Assembly: GCA_002104905.1 (NCBI GenBank)
Contig: MCFE01000180.1
Span: 62,001 to 126,000 of the forward strand
Length of the DNA stretch: 64,000 nucleotides
Direction of reading: 5' to 3'
Origin: Basidiobolus meristosporus CBS 931.73
Lineage: Eukaryota; Fungi; Basidiobolomycota
The position numbers and the translations under genes were made by a program. Positions 12,224-25,249 of this stretch are shown here, in pieces; the stretch's first letter is position 1; each line of letters begins with the position of its first letter. Below the pieces are notes generated by a model. The model saw only the letters and a list, made by a program, of their open reading frames with translations. It was not told the origin of the DNA and made no database searches.

Positions 12224-12620
12224 TGTTGCAAGTAAATACAAGACCTGTAGAGGAATAGGGGTTTTGCTGGTAATGTATTCACTAAAACTTGAACTGATCT
12301 ATGTTGAAACTCCAGCAGCTCCTCATATGTATTTTGCCAGACCAATTGAGGGCTAATTGCATTTCCTAACATGGGTTGTGGCTGATGGCTCATTTGATTG
12401 CATCTTCATTATCCAATTAGACCTTACTGAATACCTCTATTTCTGTCTGATACAATTATGCTGATTCACCTGCAAACTGATATTGCTGAGTAGATAGATA
12501 ATATTCATATACTGATAAGCTAAACATAAGCTAATTGATTTGATTGAAAACTGACCCACCTTGAATATTCAAGAAATAGTTCATTACACTCTCCCCTACT
12601 AAACTTCAGAGGGTTCTGCT
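12224..12620 (-). mobile_element. Diverged Gypsy 3' LTR (12224-12588) with PPT and integrase tail
   Basis: LTR homology followed by ctctcccctactaaacttcagagggttc, matching the reverse complement of gaaccctctcaactttagtaagggagaa. Confidence 0.8.
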
Positions 12621-12700
12621 GTATATCTTATCTGTTGTGACAGAGACTTTCTCTGAGCTTGTTTCTTAGCATTACAAAGCTCCCAACAGTCAGACGCTTT

Positions 12701-15200
12701 TGAAATATTACAGAGGTTTATAGGAAGTGAAATGGAGATTCAGAAGACTTACATGATGTCCACTTGTGGACTTATTGAGTTGCCACACAGTGTTTATACC
12801 TATTGTAAAGCTATGTAAATATAACTATTTGGTCCCTATTAAGGGAGTCTCAGGTGTACATGTGTCCAGATTCAGCTCATTTTGACAGGTAAGAGAGTTC
12901 CTGAAAATCCGTAACTCTCTAATCCTTAGCAATTTGCAATATATTGGAAACCAACTTTTGAGTTAACTCTCTGAAGTGTTAGCTCATAATATACTGATAA
13001 TCAAATGTACTCCCAGTTGTTTCATCACTCCCACATACCTAATATATTCATATACTAATAAGCTTGCTGTGGTGATGCATATGTTCCTGCTGCAATTGAA
13101 CCTACAGATGACCATTTAACCTATTTGACTAATACATTCTTCAGTACATGAGAGGGATTGCATATTATCTGTGCTTACTGGGTATGAGCCTGCACTGTTA
13201 GTTACTTGCTTCAGATAAATAACTTTTAGACTGAATTCTCATCTCACTACAAAATATCAATAGATGAGTTGTTGCAGTTTAAGAAGTGATATGGATATAA
13301 GGAACTTGTCAAGAATTAGTGATAATAATTGAACTGTGTTTATCCATAAAGAAGCTCAATACTTATACTTTTGTTGAAGTAATACAGTTGTAACACAGAG
13401 TAAGGAGGCTTTCTTAACTTTGAGGAGCATTCTGTAACAGTTTCAGGGCTAGTACATGATGTTTGGTAAAAGTGCTAATAAGATCTATAATTAGCAAAGT
13501 TAGGATGTGGTTTCTCTCCAATTTGATACATTGCCAAATTGACTTGGACTATTTTTCATATATTTATAACCAGGCCAGGATAATAACTTTCCCATACCTT
13601 CTATATACCATTTGCCAAAGCTAATAACTGGTCAGCATTATTGTAGTCTTACTCCTCAGCAGTTGACCTAACATCTTCTCTTCCTGACTAGCGCTTTCAG
13701 TGATATTTGGACTTGGTTTTCTTCAATCCTGATCTGGGACATTTTACTCTTACTAAAACTACATATTGTGGTGTTTCCTACCTTCTAAGATCATCTTGAC
13801 AAGATCTTATATATTCTTCTGATCTAAGCATAGATTTCTTGTACCAATAATTCTGTTACAATATTCAGATCTTCCATTTGCATCTAGATAGGTTTGATTT
13901 GGTATCACAGACTACCACAGCCTGATTGACAGCCATTCAAGGAAGCTTCATCCTAAGCTGGATGGATATGGCCTAAAATGCACTATTGCACTTATATTAA
14001 TAATCTCATTCAGCACTTGTCCATTTGCTTAAATGTTCCATATCTGGTCTTGAAGATACTGGTAGCTGGATTATTTCTTATTGATCTAGATCTGGATCAT
14101 ATAGATAGTATATCCATGGTCTCTCAGATCCCCAAAGTGCTCAGGTGATATTACTGCCACCTATAGCTGGAAGCTGCAAGTAAACTGATCTGGTTATAAC
14201 ATCAAGATTAATATCTGATCCATAGCAAGATATATGGTCAGCAAATATTGTATGCATAGTGATATTTGAGTTGGTATAGGGCAACTAGTACATTCCTCAA
14301 TAGTATTTCATAGATACACTACAATACATATAGAAGCTATATGCATACACTCTGGTCAGTATCTCTAGTCACTTTTCTTGATAGTAGTAGAAGCTCCATG
14401 TTAAGATATTTATGGAAATATCACATTCCACTGTTTTGGATGCTTGTTGTAGGTATGTAGCTTGTCTAAAAAGTATCTCACAAATCCTCAGAATCATTGG
14501 TGCTAGAAATAATATCACTGGTATTTCATAGATACCACTCCAAAGTTGGCATGCCTGAGATCACTGATCTTTGCCCAAATATATAGATCTTATATTTCCT
14601 TCTGATTCTCAGGATATGGGCAAGCTGATCCCTATATTTGTTTGCATATCAAGCTTCATACCAGGGCAACAAATGGCATCAAAGTGCTTGAGTGTCATTT
14701 CACTTCAAGTGGCTAGAAACTTGGCATTAATATGTATATCATGTAGTATACACCTTACTGATCTGGACCTTTTGCTGGGAGTATGCAGCTTCTCAGAGCT
14801 TCATCCTTATACACATTTCATAATTTGAAACTGCCTAACATGAATATCTTGCCATATGACCACTTTCTTCTTGTTGTGCCTACTGCAAAGGCAAAGGCCT
14901 CTCTCTCAATGATTTAGCAGTTCTTTGCAACTGCAGTACATTTCATTCTGTTATAACTTCAGGTAGACAAGGCAGTCTTTCTCCCAAATAAAAGCACAGT
15001 ACTAAAGCAAGCTTGGGGCTCATAACCTGCTTTGATAGCCGAGAGATTTATAGGAGGTGAAGTTGTAAATTAAAAGATTTACATGATATTCACTTGTTGA
15101 TTTGTTTGGTTACATTATGGTATTTAAACTTATTCCAAGCTATGTAAATGTAACTACTGGGTCATTGTGTCCCATATACCCTATAATATCTAATAATACT
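12701..15200 (-). mobile_element. Remnant of a second Copia family (3' LTR ~12701-13027 with PPT; PBS 15016-15028; partial 5' LTR)
   Basis: ~12710-12830 resembles ~15040-15160; ctcccac PPT complement at 13028; ggggctcataacc (reverse complement GGTTATGAGCCCC) at ~15016-15028. Confidence 0.55.
13500..14830 (-). pseudogene. Possible highly decayed non-LTR (LINE) reverse transcriptase fragment
   Basis: Minus-strand IFADHISCY at ~14225-14250 resembles the (Y/F)ADD motif; only weak upstream motif echoes. Confidence 0.25.
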
Positions 15201-15218
15201 ATCAACATACTTAAACAA

Positions 15219-18200
15219 TGCTGTAAAAACTTGCAATTCCACCTAAATATTCACCTAACTTAGTCTCTTGGATCATTACCTTCAAATCCTAGAGAATACT
15301 GACCAAATTCCTAGTTGGGATTTACTTATAATATTTTCACCAAGATACTAGGTACCCAGGACATGAAAATTCTCAAAGTTGTCTAAACAGCCCCAAACTT
15401 TGCACACGTTTTTGGGACCTTCCTTTACCTATTCTATGTGTTTATTATGCCAAGACCATGTAAAGTATAGATACTATTTTTATATTCAATACATCATTGA
15501 GTGAAAACCACACAATCTACTTGTTCTCCCAATCACTTCCAATATCTCCAAAACTCTTACAGCAGGTTATGAGCCCCAAGCTATAGCTCTCTGCAATATC
15601 TACTACTGTTATTACTGGAATTTTTCTCTCTGCTGAAAAGTTGGATGGATCTAACTACCAAGTGTGGAAGGTGAAGATGAAGATGCTGCTACAAGAAAAA
15701 GGTCTTTGGGATATTATCATGGGAGAAGAATGCCCTCCTAAAAACATGGGAGAGGAAGCCTTAAAGTACCAGAAAAAAGAACAAAGTGCCTTTAACTGCA
15801 TTTGCCTTAATGTTAAGGACAAATTGCAATTCAATGCTCAAGAGCAAAAACAGCAAAGAATGCCTGGAGGGCATTAGAAGACACCTACCAGTCATGTTCA
15901 GCTGCTCACAAATGTATCTGAGACAAAAGTTCTTTACTACAAAGTTGCTGCCAGGATAAGAAATGAAAAATATAATTAACAGAATTACCCTGCTGGTAGA
16001 TGAAATGGAATCAGTGGGTGTACCAACTACTGATTAGGATGTGATAGTTACAATCCTGAATAGCCTGATAGACAAGTTTCAGGGCCTTGTATCAGCCCTA
16101 GAGTCCAGAACTGAAGATTTGACCTTATATTACATATGTGTAAGGCTCTTTGATGAAGAATTACAAAAATCAAGCACCAATAAAAAGGAAGAAGAAAATG
16201 CTTTAGTAAGCAACAATAACCAACAAAGGAGGTACCCAAGACCCTACAAAGCCAATAGCAACCTGTTTTGCAACTACTGCAAAAGGAAAGGACACACATC
16301 AGACTAATGTCTCAGAAAGAGAGATAATCAGCAAAAGAAGCCTCAATATGGAAATGCCGCAACAACTGAGGATAGACTATTCATATCTGCACTAAATATG
16401 ACCGCAAAGAAGGACATTCAGACATGGTATATTGACTCTGAAGCATCTCAACACTTTACACACTAAAAAGAACTTTTTACCCAATATCAAGAAATTTCAA
16501 TTAAGAAGGTTTTCATGGGTTACAAGAGAATACTTGATGCAGTGGGAGAAGGAACTATCCAAGCAAGCCTAAGAAGCAGTGAAGGATGCCATACACTGAC
16601 CTTTAGAGAAGTACTCTATGTACCAGAAATAGCCAAGAACCTACTATCTGTAAGCAAGGACACTGCAGAAGGACTCAGTTTCAGCTTTGACAATTCTGGA
16701 ATCAAGATCACTGATCAAAATGGCGCCCATATTGCTTTGGGTGTCAGAAATCAGAATATATAAAGGATTACTTATATTCAATCATATTTAGAAGCCAATA
16801 TAAGTAACTTAAGTGAAGAAACACCAATGCTTTGGCAGAGGAGATTTGAGCACATTAATATTGATTATTTGTACAAAATGAATGAAGATCAGCTAATTTC
16901 TGGAGTAAAGATTGATCCCCCAGCTAATTTTGAGCACTGTGAAGCCTGTATATATGGGAAACAAGCCAGACAACCATTCAAGTGCTTTGGGTTGATCAAT
17001 ACTAAGAAAAAGTTAGATCTAATTCCCTCAGGTCTGTGTGGACCTATGGAAAATTTATCCTTAGGCAGGATGAAATATTTAGTCACCTTTGTTGATGATT
17101 ATACAAGATACAAATAGGTCTACTTCATGGAGAGAAAGGAAGAAGCTCTGCCTAAGCTCAGGGAGCTCTAAGCCATGGTGGAGAGAGAAACTGGTGAAAA
17201 AATCAAGAAAATACGCTCTGACAATGGTGAAGAATATACCTCATAACTCATCATCCACTTCTGCAAAATTGATGGGATAAAGCAAGAGACTACTGTCCCA
17301 TACTCCCCACAGCAAAATGGAGTATCAGAATGTGCTAACAGATCAATAATTGATATGACAAGATCTATGATCCATGATCAAAAATTATCCTATGATTTTT
17401 GGGTGCAATCAGTTGCCACTGCTGTATGCCTTAAAAACAGGAGTTATAACAGAATACCTTGTGATTCTACTCCATTTGAAGCATGTTGTGGATACAGACC
17501 AAGTGCAGAACATCTAAGAATATTTGGGTGTACAGCATATGCCAAGAAACTGCCTGGAAATCAGTCAAAATTTGAACCAAAAAGTGTAAAATGCATATTT
17601 TTGGGCTACTGCAATGAGAGTAAAGCATACAGACTCTACAATGCTAAAGCAAAGAAGCTAATCAAGTCCAGGGATGATGAAAATTTAGAATTTTTACAAA
17701 AAATGACATCAGTTGATGACAAAAATCTGATCTCAAGTCCACCAATTGTCAGGATTGAATCAGAGCAAAGCAATGAAAATTTTATCACTCCATAGGCCTC
17801 TACAACTGTGGTTCAGTCAGAATCAGTGCCCAGGAATATCCCAGAAGTGATCATTCCAGTATCAAATTTGGAGATCCAATTGGACAACAAAATAGCCTAA
17901 ATTACTCTAACAATGAGGTTGCAAACTTAGCCTATGCCTATTCAGTCCATATTGATGAGCCCCAGATGGTGAAAGAGGCCCTAAATAGCCCTCAGACAAA
18001 GTTTTGGAGATCTTCAATGACTGAGGATTACCAGGCCCTGATGGAAAATTGAACTAGGGACTTAGTCAAATTACCAATCAACCAAAACTCAGTTGGATGT
18101 AGATGTGTGTTCAAGACAAAATACATGGCTGATGGTACAATTGAAAGATACAAAGCAAGACTTGTGGCCAAAGGATACTCTCAAGCAAAAGGACTTGACT

Positions 18201-19339
18201 ATACTGAGACCTTTGCACTGGTAGCCAAGTTTAATTCCATCAGATCAATATTGGCTTTTGCAGTCAATTATATGTTCTTTATTCATCTAATGGATGTAAA
18301 AGCTGCATTTTTGAATGGAGAACTTGCTGAGGACATGTATATGAACCAGCCTGATGGGCTTGTGACCAAGATAAGCTCCATTTGATCTGCAAGCTTAAAT
18401 AGTCACTATATGGTCTCAAAGAATCACCAAGAGCCTGGAGTTGCAAGATAGAATCCTATTTGGAATCTTTGAGTTTCAAAAGGAGTAATGCTGACAATAG
18501 CATAAACTATAAGCCAGATAGAGCAAGTCCAGTTCTATTAGCTTTATATGTGGATGATCTTATTATAGCCACCAATAACCAGCAAACATTGGAAGAGACT
18601 AAATCCATCCTATATATAGAGGACAAGTTGTCCAATCTAGGAGAACTCAGTTGCTACTTAGAGATTAAGCTCTCCATAGAGAAAAGTACCCAGACTATTA
18701 CCCTAAGCCAATCAAAGTATATTCAAGATATACTAAAGAAGTACTAAATGGAAGACTGTAAACCAGCAGCTACCCCAATGGAGACAAACCTTAACTTGGT
18801 CAAAGCTCAACCAAGTCAAGAGAGCTTGGTGCCATCTGAAAGCCCTGACTTTCCTTATCAATCTATGGTTGGCTGTCTGATGTATATCATGCTTGGAACA
18901 CGTCCAGATATCTCATATTCAGTGGGAGTTGTTGGCCAACATAATCAGAACTATGGATCTGATCATATTGCAGCAGTTAAGTGGATTTTTAGATACCTAA
19001 AAGGAACCGCTGATATCTGCTTAAGATACACTTATAATGATTCAGAACAGGATCTTGTGGGATACTCTGATGCTGATTGGGGACAAAATTTGGAAGACAG
19101 AAGATCCACCACAGGATACAGCTTTCTTTACTGTAAAGGAGCAATTTCATGGAATTCAAGAAAGCAACCAACTGTAGCACTTTCCACCACAGAGGCAGAG
19201 TACATGGCAGCCTGTGAAGCTACAAAAGAAGCAATGTGGCTAAGAAAACTTTTTACAGATTTAGGCCTATGTCAAAAACGCCTATTACTTTATTTCAAGA
19301 TAATCAAGGATGTATACAATTAGGTAGAAATCCAACTTA
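15219..19339 (+). mobile_element. Older, 3'-truncated Ty1/Copia copy (5' LTR 15219-15564, PBS 15565-15576, broken gag-pol)
   Basis: LTR and internal ORF fragments (DGSNYQVWKVKM, CNYCKRKGH, GTIERYKARLVAKGYSQ, LYVDD, GYSDADW, ALSTTEAEY) colinear with 40950-45633; many stops; no 3' LTR. Confidence 0.93.
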
Positions 19340-19379
19340 GCTGTCTTCCATGTGCCAGCTCATCACATCCATTGCAGAC

Positions 19380-19790
19380 CTGAAGGTAATATTCTTGATG
19401 AGATTGGGATATGTTAGTACCTGCAACTTAACTCATCTTCCTATCTCCCCACACATCCGCTCCACAGGAAACTCCCAAAGGGTGAGTCAAGGCCCAATAT
19501 TCTCCACACACCATGCAAGATGGAGTAGAGAATGGATACACTAGTGGCAGAGATCTACATGTTCAGCTTTATGATTGTAGTATAGCCGCTCAAATCCCAT
19601 CACAAACTCCTCATACAACAGCTTTAAATGCATTAAGTTGCCATTGGTGATCTGCTTCTGGATAAATATTCCTACAATGTCCACATATGACTCCCAATGC
19701 CTCCAATGTACTCTTGGTAGAAATGGCCTCAGAACACCACATGAATAAGTACATATCTAGTTCATCCAGTCTTTACATTTGTATTGTTGC
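19380..19790 (-). pseudogene. CACTA/EnSpm transposase C-terminal fragment
   Basis: FVMGFERLYYNHK..CIHSLLHLAWCVENIGP*LTLWEFPVERMCGEIG matches the fungal CACTA FExLYY...HxLLHL...GP...WxFPxERxCG signature. Confidence 0.85.
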
Positions 19791-19797
19791 ATATACA

Positions 19798-20043
19798 GGC
19801 ACTATATTTAAATATTAGCCCTAAAGTAAAACCTATAAAAGCACCTATAGTGCCAGATAGTACCAGTGGACCAAGATAGTGCCATGCATTATGGTGAAAC
19901 ACAGGGGCTGATTTGCATGAAGATGCAGAGCTATGTTTTGCAGCCTGTGGCCAAGTATAGGCTCACTTAGCCTTCTTGTCACACTATGGCATCATTTGGC
20001 ACTCATGGCTCAATGTGGCACTATCCAACAGAACAAGTCTAAT
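19798..20043. repeat. Second (loop plus right arm, internally deleted) copy of the foldback element
   Basis: ggcactatatttaaatattagccctaaagta...tagtgccagatagtaccagtggaccaagatagtgcca...ggcactatccaacagaacaa matches ~660-1052, lacking ~750-858. Confidence 0.9.
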
Positions 20044-22276
20044 AATATGGACTCCTCAGGCTCTCAGTGAAGTAGGCAATTGATAACCTCTGCAGAGCCA
20101 CAAGCAGACCTTTATGCTCAGGCACATGAGAATGTAGCAAACGCAGTACCCTTAGTTGAAGATCAGCAAGTGGCCATGATAACATCACTACCACCCATAT
20201 TACCAAGTATGCTGTCAGCTCATACCAGAGCATTATTAAAGCAATTTGGTGCAGTGGCTGATAGGATAGATGCACTGGCCCAGAGAAATCATAAAATAGT
20301 CCAGAAACAGGATGAGCAGATATTATGTGTAGAGCAATCAATATCCCAGGTAGAGAAAGCAGCATCTTTGCTAGAAAGAAAGAACTCAAGTAGCTCAATG
20401 TCACAGCCAAGAACTGAGCCATTTCCCAATGTCACAGCAGAGGAACACTGTACAGTCTTTGAAGCACAACAACAGCACCCAAATATAAAGCCCACAGAAA
20501 ACCCTATCACAGTGTGGGAGGGAGATAATAGGTGTTTATACTAAAGCTTAAAAATCAAAAGACATTGAAGATCTGTGAAGCCATTGAGTGCAATAATGAA
20601 CAGTGGGCTAATATACAAGATGTTGTCAGAAGTCTACATGCTATCACCTTAAGGCTGGTATACCATGGGACCATCAGGAACTCAAGGCTAAGCAGAATGT
20701 ACTTGACTTGTTCCATGAGCATTATCCTAAATTCAAATGGGCAAATGGATTTTGGGCCAGCATTGGTATGCTAAGAAAGTATCTTAGAATAGCAGAAACT
20801 ATCAAAGGCAGAAGAATAAGGGTCCATGGCTAAAAGCCAGCAGCTTCTGCAAAAGCCTGTTACAAGCAGGGCCAAAAGCTCCAGATAAGCATTAAAGAGA
20901 TGTCAGGTGGCTGGCAGAGTGCCAATTAGGGACAAGCAGGCAGACACAGATGCACCAGCACAATATATATCAAGTGACAAGTATAGTACCAATCAAGAAG
21001 CGCCTAGCCAAAGTAGCAGTGAAGGACCTGGCAGTGATAAAAACCAACTGCTCTTACAGGAACCCATTGCAACTTTGGTTGAGAGCTCAAAACAAGCAGG
21101 AAAGAAACACTAAGTTGCCAGCAGAGTGACAGCAAGGGACCAGCAGGCCAATACAAATGTGTCAGAGCAGAATTTATCCAGGAGAAAATGTAGTTCTTTA
21201 CAAGAAGCACTCAGACAAAGTAGCAGTGAAAGACCTGGCAGTGATAAAGGAAACGGTAAAGGGAAAAATGTCTACCCAAGCCTGAGACAGGGATGCATGC
21301 AAAAAAACTGCAGTTCTTGCCAATTAAAGCTGCAAGCCAGGAACAGACTGAATCCCATCATAACCAAGAAGAATTACCAACAAGAAAACAGTGTTTCACA
21401 AGAGTTAGAAGCGCAGCCAGTTGAGCTATACTCCAGCAAGGTAGATGAGTTTGCTGAAAAAGACAATTTGTCTACCACAGCCTCCACAACCTCCATTGTT
21501 GACAGAGTGGAGATCCCACTGACAGACAAGGCTACAATGTCAAGAGCTCAAAAGACTATCACAATGCCTTCAGTGGAGTTTTGGAACATCAATAGGCACA
21601 CCAAGAGGTTGCAGCACTTCTTCAAGAGCAGTGCTCAAGAAAATGCACTGGAATATTGCAAGGATTTATTGCAAAGACTGGCAGACAAGGAGCTAGACCT
21701 TGCAGTGCTGGCTGAAGGCCAGGACATGTGGGAACCAGTAAATCAACAGTGGCATATAGCTGTTGGGTTCCTGCCAAAGTTGTGGAACCAGAGCGTTACA
21801 GCAGAAATACTTATTGAGTGGTGGATTTTAATGGAGTTACTTGATGAGTGTGGGGCTGGGCTTAATGTTAGTGTAGGGTATAGTGACCTGTATTGGTCAA
21901 TACAATTGGTAATTGAGGTATAATTGAAGTTTCAACAAAAATATATCAATTTGTATGCATGAAATGTAAGAGAAACAGTTGAGTCAGGAAGTAAGGAGTA
22001 TGAAAAAGAGGCAATAGCCAATCAATTCACTCAAATGTAGGAGGTGATAGAGTGTCTGGGATCAGAAAGTGAGCAAATTGGCATGGAACCAATCAAAAGC
22101 CACTTATACATTGTTGTGATGAAAAATTCTGACTAAGTTTTTTGTGAAATCTGGGGTGCAAATATTTTTCAATAGTCTCTGGACAGTGTCCTAACAAGAT
22201 CAATACCTCTTAGTCATGGGAATTTAACCTTGTGATGGCCTTTTGATGGGATCATCTCAATAATTCTTCATAGGGA
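20044..22276 (+). mobile_element. Dispersed repeat carrying a broken ORF of unknown family (ORF pieces 20080-20544, 20532-20774, 20907-21113, 21126-21923)
   Basis: ~20500-22276 is colinear with the minus-strand copy at 62209-64000; CpG-depleted; no RT, IN or transposase motif. Confidence 0.8.
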
Positions 22277-22309
22277 GACTTTCCAGTGCATTATTTACTA
22301 AGGAAGAAA

Positions 22310-22890
22310 TGAAGTAGAATACAAGAAGAACTCAGACAATGTAGCAGTCAAGGACCTAGCAGTGGTAATGGTAAAGACAAATGGAAAGGGAAAAGAAAAA
22401 AATCTTTCAAGCTTGAGACAGATAGGCATTGGAAAAAGCCGCAGTTCTCTCAATTAATACTACTAATCTAGAACAGTCTGAATCTTATAACAACTAAGAA
22501 GAAATTACAAGTATACAACAGCTTTTATCTCATGAGTCTGAACCACAGTGAGTGGAGTAACATTTCGGTGAGGTAGATGAGTTCTTGGAGCAAAGCAGTT
22601 TGCTAACTATGGCCTACATAACCTTGATTGTGAATAAACTAGAGATTCTATGGACAGAGAGAGCAACAGCATCCAGAAATTAGAGGACTACAGAAGTTTT
22701 GAAAAGTAATAGGCACACCAAGAGGCTGAAGCATAACTTCAAAAGGAGTATTCAAGAATACACACTTGAATATTGCAGAGATATATTGTAAAGACTAGCT
22801 GATGAGGTGCTTGGCCTTACATTACCAGCTCAAGGCCAGGATATATGGAGACCAGGGAATGGACAATGGCATAAAGCTTAAAAGCTGCCA
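22310..22890 (+). repeat. More decayed tandem partial duplicate of ~21190-21780
   Basis: gaactcagacaatgtagcagtcaaggacctagcagtg and aataggcacaccaagaggctgaagca match 21200-21620. Confidence 0.75.
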
Positions 22891-23169
22891 CCAAAGTCAA
22901 CAAAAAAGGGAGTGTCATAAAGACTTAAGAAGACTAACACAGGGCTATTAGATCTGTGCCCAGAGTTTTGTCTGTATAACCAATCCAGATATCTTGGCTA
23001 TCAAAGACCAGGAAGAGGCTATTTAGAACCTGCTATTGAAACCTATAAAAGTTATGAACAACTATGTTCAAGTGTTTTGACAGTACCTTGATGCCATTGT
23101 AAAGGTCTGATCAAGATAGACTCACTGATAAAAACAAATTTTTTCATCAGTCTAGTGATGGTATATGCT

Positions 23170-24950
23170 GAGCAAACACTTAAGAAATGGCCAGCAGAAT
23201 ACCATTATGATATCAACTGAATTCCAAGCTTTTTAGCACTGAAAACTGTCAATATCTCAGTTCCTAGTTGTTGAACAGACAAGAAGCCATATTTATGAGG
23301 AGGGGACTGGGCCCACTTGCACTTATACCAGATTTGGTAGTTGGCTACCAGCTACTTACATCACAAATTGCAACTTAAACTTTACAGGAGAAGCATCAGC
23401 TGAACACCATCAAAACACCATCTGAATGCCAGCTTATTACCAGCTGAAATCAGACAAGTTCCAAGCTTGAGATTTTTTATAGGGATATCTAGCTTTTTCA
23501 TTGCACTGGAGATTATGTAATTCCTCCATATATGTTTATTGGTCACCAAAGTGGTAGCAATATGTGCTCTAGATGGGTAGTGACACTCTATCTGTTAAGG
23601 AGATGCTAGTGGATATTAGGAGTTATGTACCAGGAATATGATCAGACAATCAGCAGATATTCATACTAAAGACTTATTCAACATTTGTGGAATACTAGCA
23701 GAGATATATGGCTTAATAGAGTTTTTACTTGAAGTATCATAGGTTCCAGCTTTTTACAGGAAAAATAGGTATATATCCCACAAATTGCTGTGCTTGGCAA
23801 CTCTTGTATGAAATCTCCCCAAGAAAACAACTTAGGAACAGGCCATCAGAATACTATCCTTATGTCAGCAGAATTCCAAGTTCTTCAAAGCTGACAACCC
23901 CCAGTATCCTGGTACTAGCTGTTGGACAGACAAGCAGACCTATTTTCCAAGAAGTGACTAGGCCAATTGGCACTCATACCTAAGTTTGGTAATTAGCCAC
24001 TCACAACTTGCATCAAAAATAGCAACTGAAAATTTGAACAAAAAAAGCCAGCTGAAACCAGATGAATTTCAAGTTTAAGATTTTCATAGTAATTTTGTAG
24101 TAACCAAAACACAGATTCTCCAGAACAGGTTTACTCCAGGTCAGAGTGAAACATCAGTATATTAACAGAGATGTGCCAGCACAATACTGCCAAGCGCAAT
24201 ATAAGATCCAAGCTTACTACTTTTTATGCAGTATATGATAGAACTTTACTGATATATTGAGTGGCAATACTATATAATAGTGGCAGATTTGAATACTGGA
24301 TGTTACATTAGCTTAATGAACTGGATTCCAGCTTATGATCATCTCCAGAGTATGTGAGCAAGGTGACAGCTCACTGGAGGAGCTCAAAGCTTTTTGAAAC
24401 CCTCCACAATTTTTGCAATTCTATTGAAAGAAAGAAAATGGAACAGATTGCCACAGTGCTAAGGATGTTCCAGCTGATTTCTTTCAGTTATCACTTTGAG
24501 ATTCATTAGCTCTCACATCTCTATCATGATATTACACTAAGAAAAAAATAAGAAAAGGCCAGCAAAATACCATCATAATATCAGCTGAATCCCAAGTTTC
24601 TCAAAATTGACAACTCTCCATATCTCTGTTGTTAGCTTATGAGCAGGCAAGCAAACAAACTCTCCAGGAGGAGACTAGGCCAACCACCATCCATATCAAA
24701 TTTGGTAATTAGCTGCCCATTACTTCCATCAAATATTGCATTTGAAATTTTGAACCAAAAACACTAGCTGAATACCAGCAAAATACCATTAGAATACCAG
24801 CAGAATACCAGCTGAAAATCAGATGAATTCCAAGTTTAAGATTTTTCATAGGGATTAATATGCAATCACTGGCTATGTACCACTTGAGATGGTTTGACCT
24901 TAGGAGTTCCATAATTGCATTGTAGCCTGGTCTACTTACACTGATTAGAG
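23170..24950 (+). repeat. Three diverged ~330-bp repeat units at ~0.65-0.7 kb spacing with ATACCAGC(T/A)GAA subrepeats; fourth copy at ~47220-47520
   Basis: Shared cores (ggccagcagaataccat..cagctgaattccaag; aggaggagactaggcc; tttggtaattagc) start near 23185, 23835, 24555 and 47240. Confidence 0.75.
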
Positions 24951-25249
24951 ATATTGAGTATGTCCAAATTCCTGGCATCAGCACAGGAGCATTCTCAGCA
25001 TGTTGAAGCACTATTTTGGCAATGGTGTACAAGATACACTAGCGTAAAGTCCCAACTTTGCAAATTGACAGCTAAATGCTGGATGATACACAGAAAACTA
25101 TATATTACCTGCAACCCCAAGGATCTGGACAAGGTACGATTTAGTCACCTTACAAGTAAGAGTCAACGAGACGGGATCATGGAGCGGCATTAAAGTGCCT
25201 CCTTTTTGTTTGGTATCTCTAGATCTGCACTTCCAACTATCGCGCCATT

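Noticed and set aside
22950-23110. RYLGY motif suggesting a LINE RT thumb
   Set aside because: Five-residue match with no other RT motif nearby.
23170-24950. CRISPR-like interpretation of the recurring cagctgaattccaag units
   Set aside because: Eukaryotic context, diverged units, homologous rather than unique spacers, and no cas genes.
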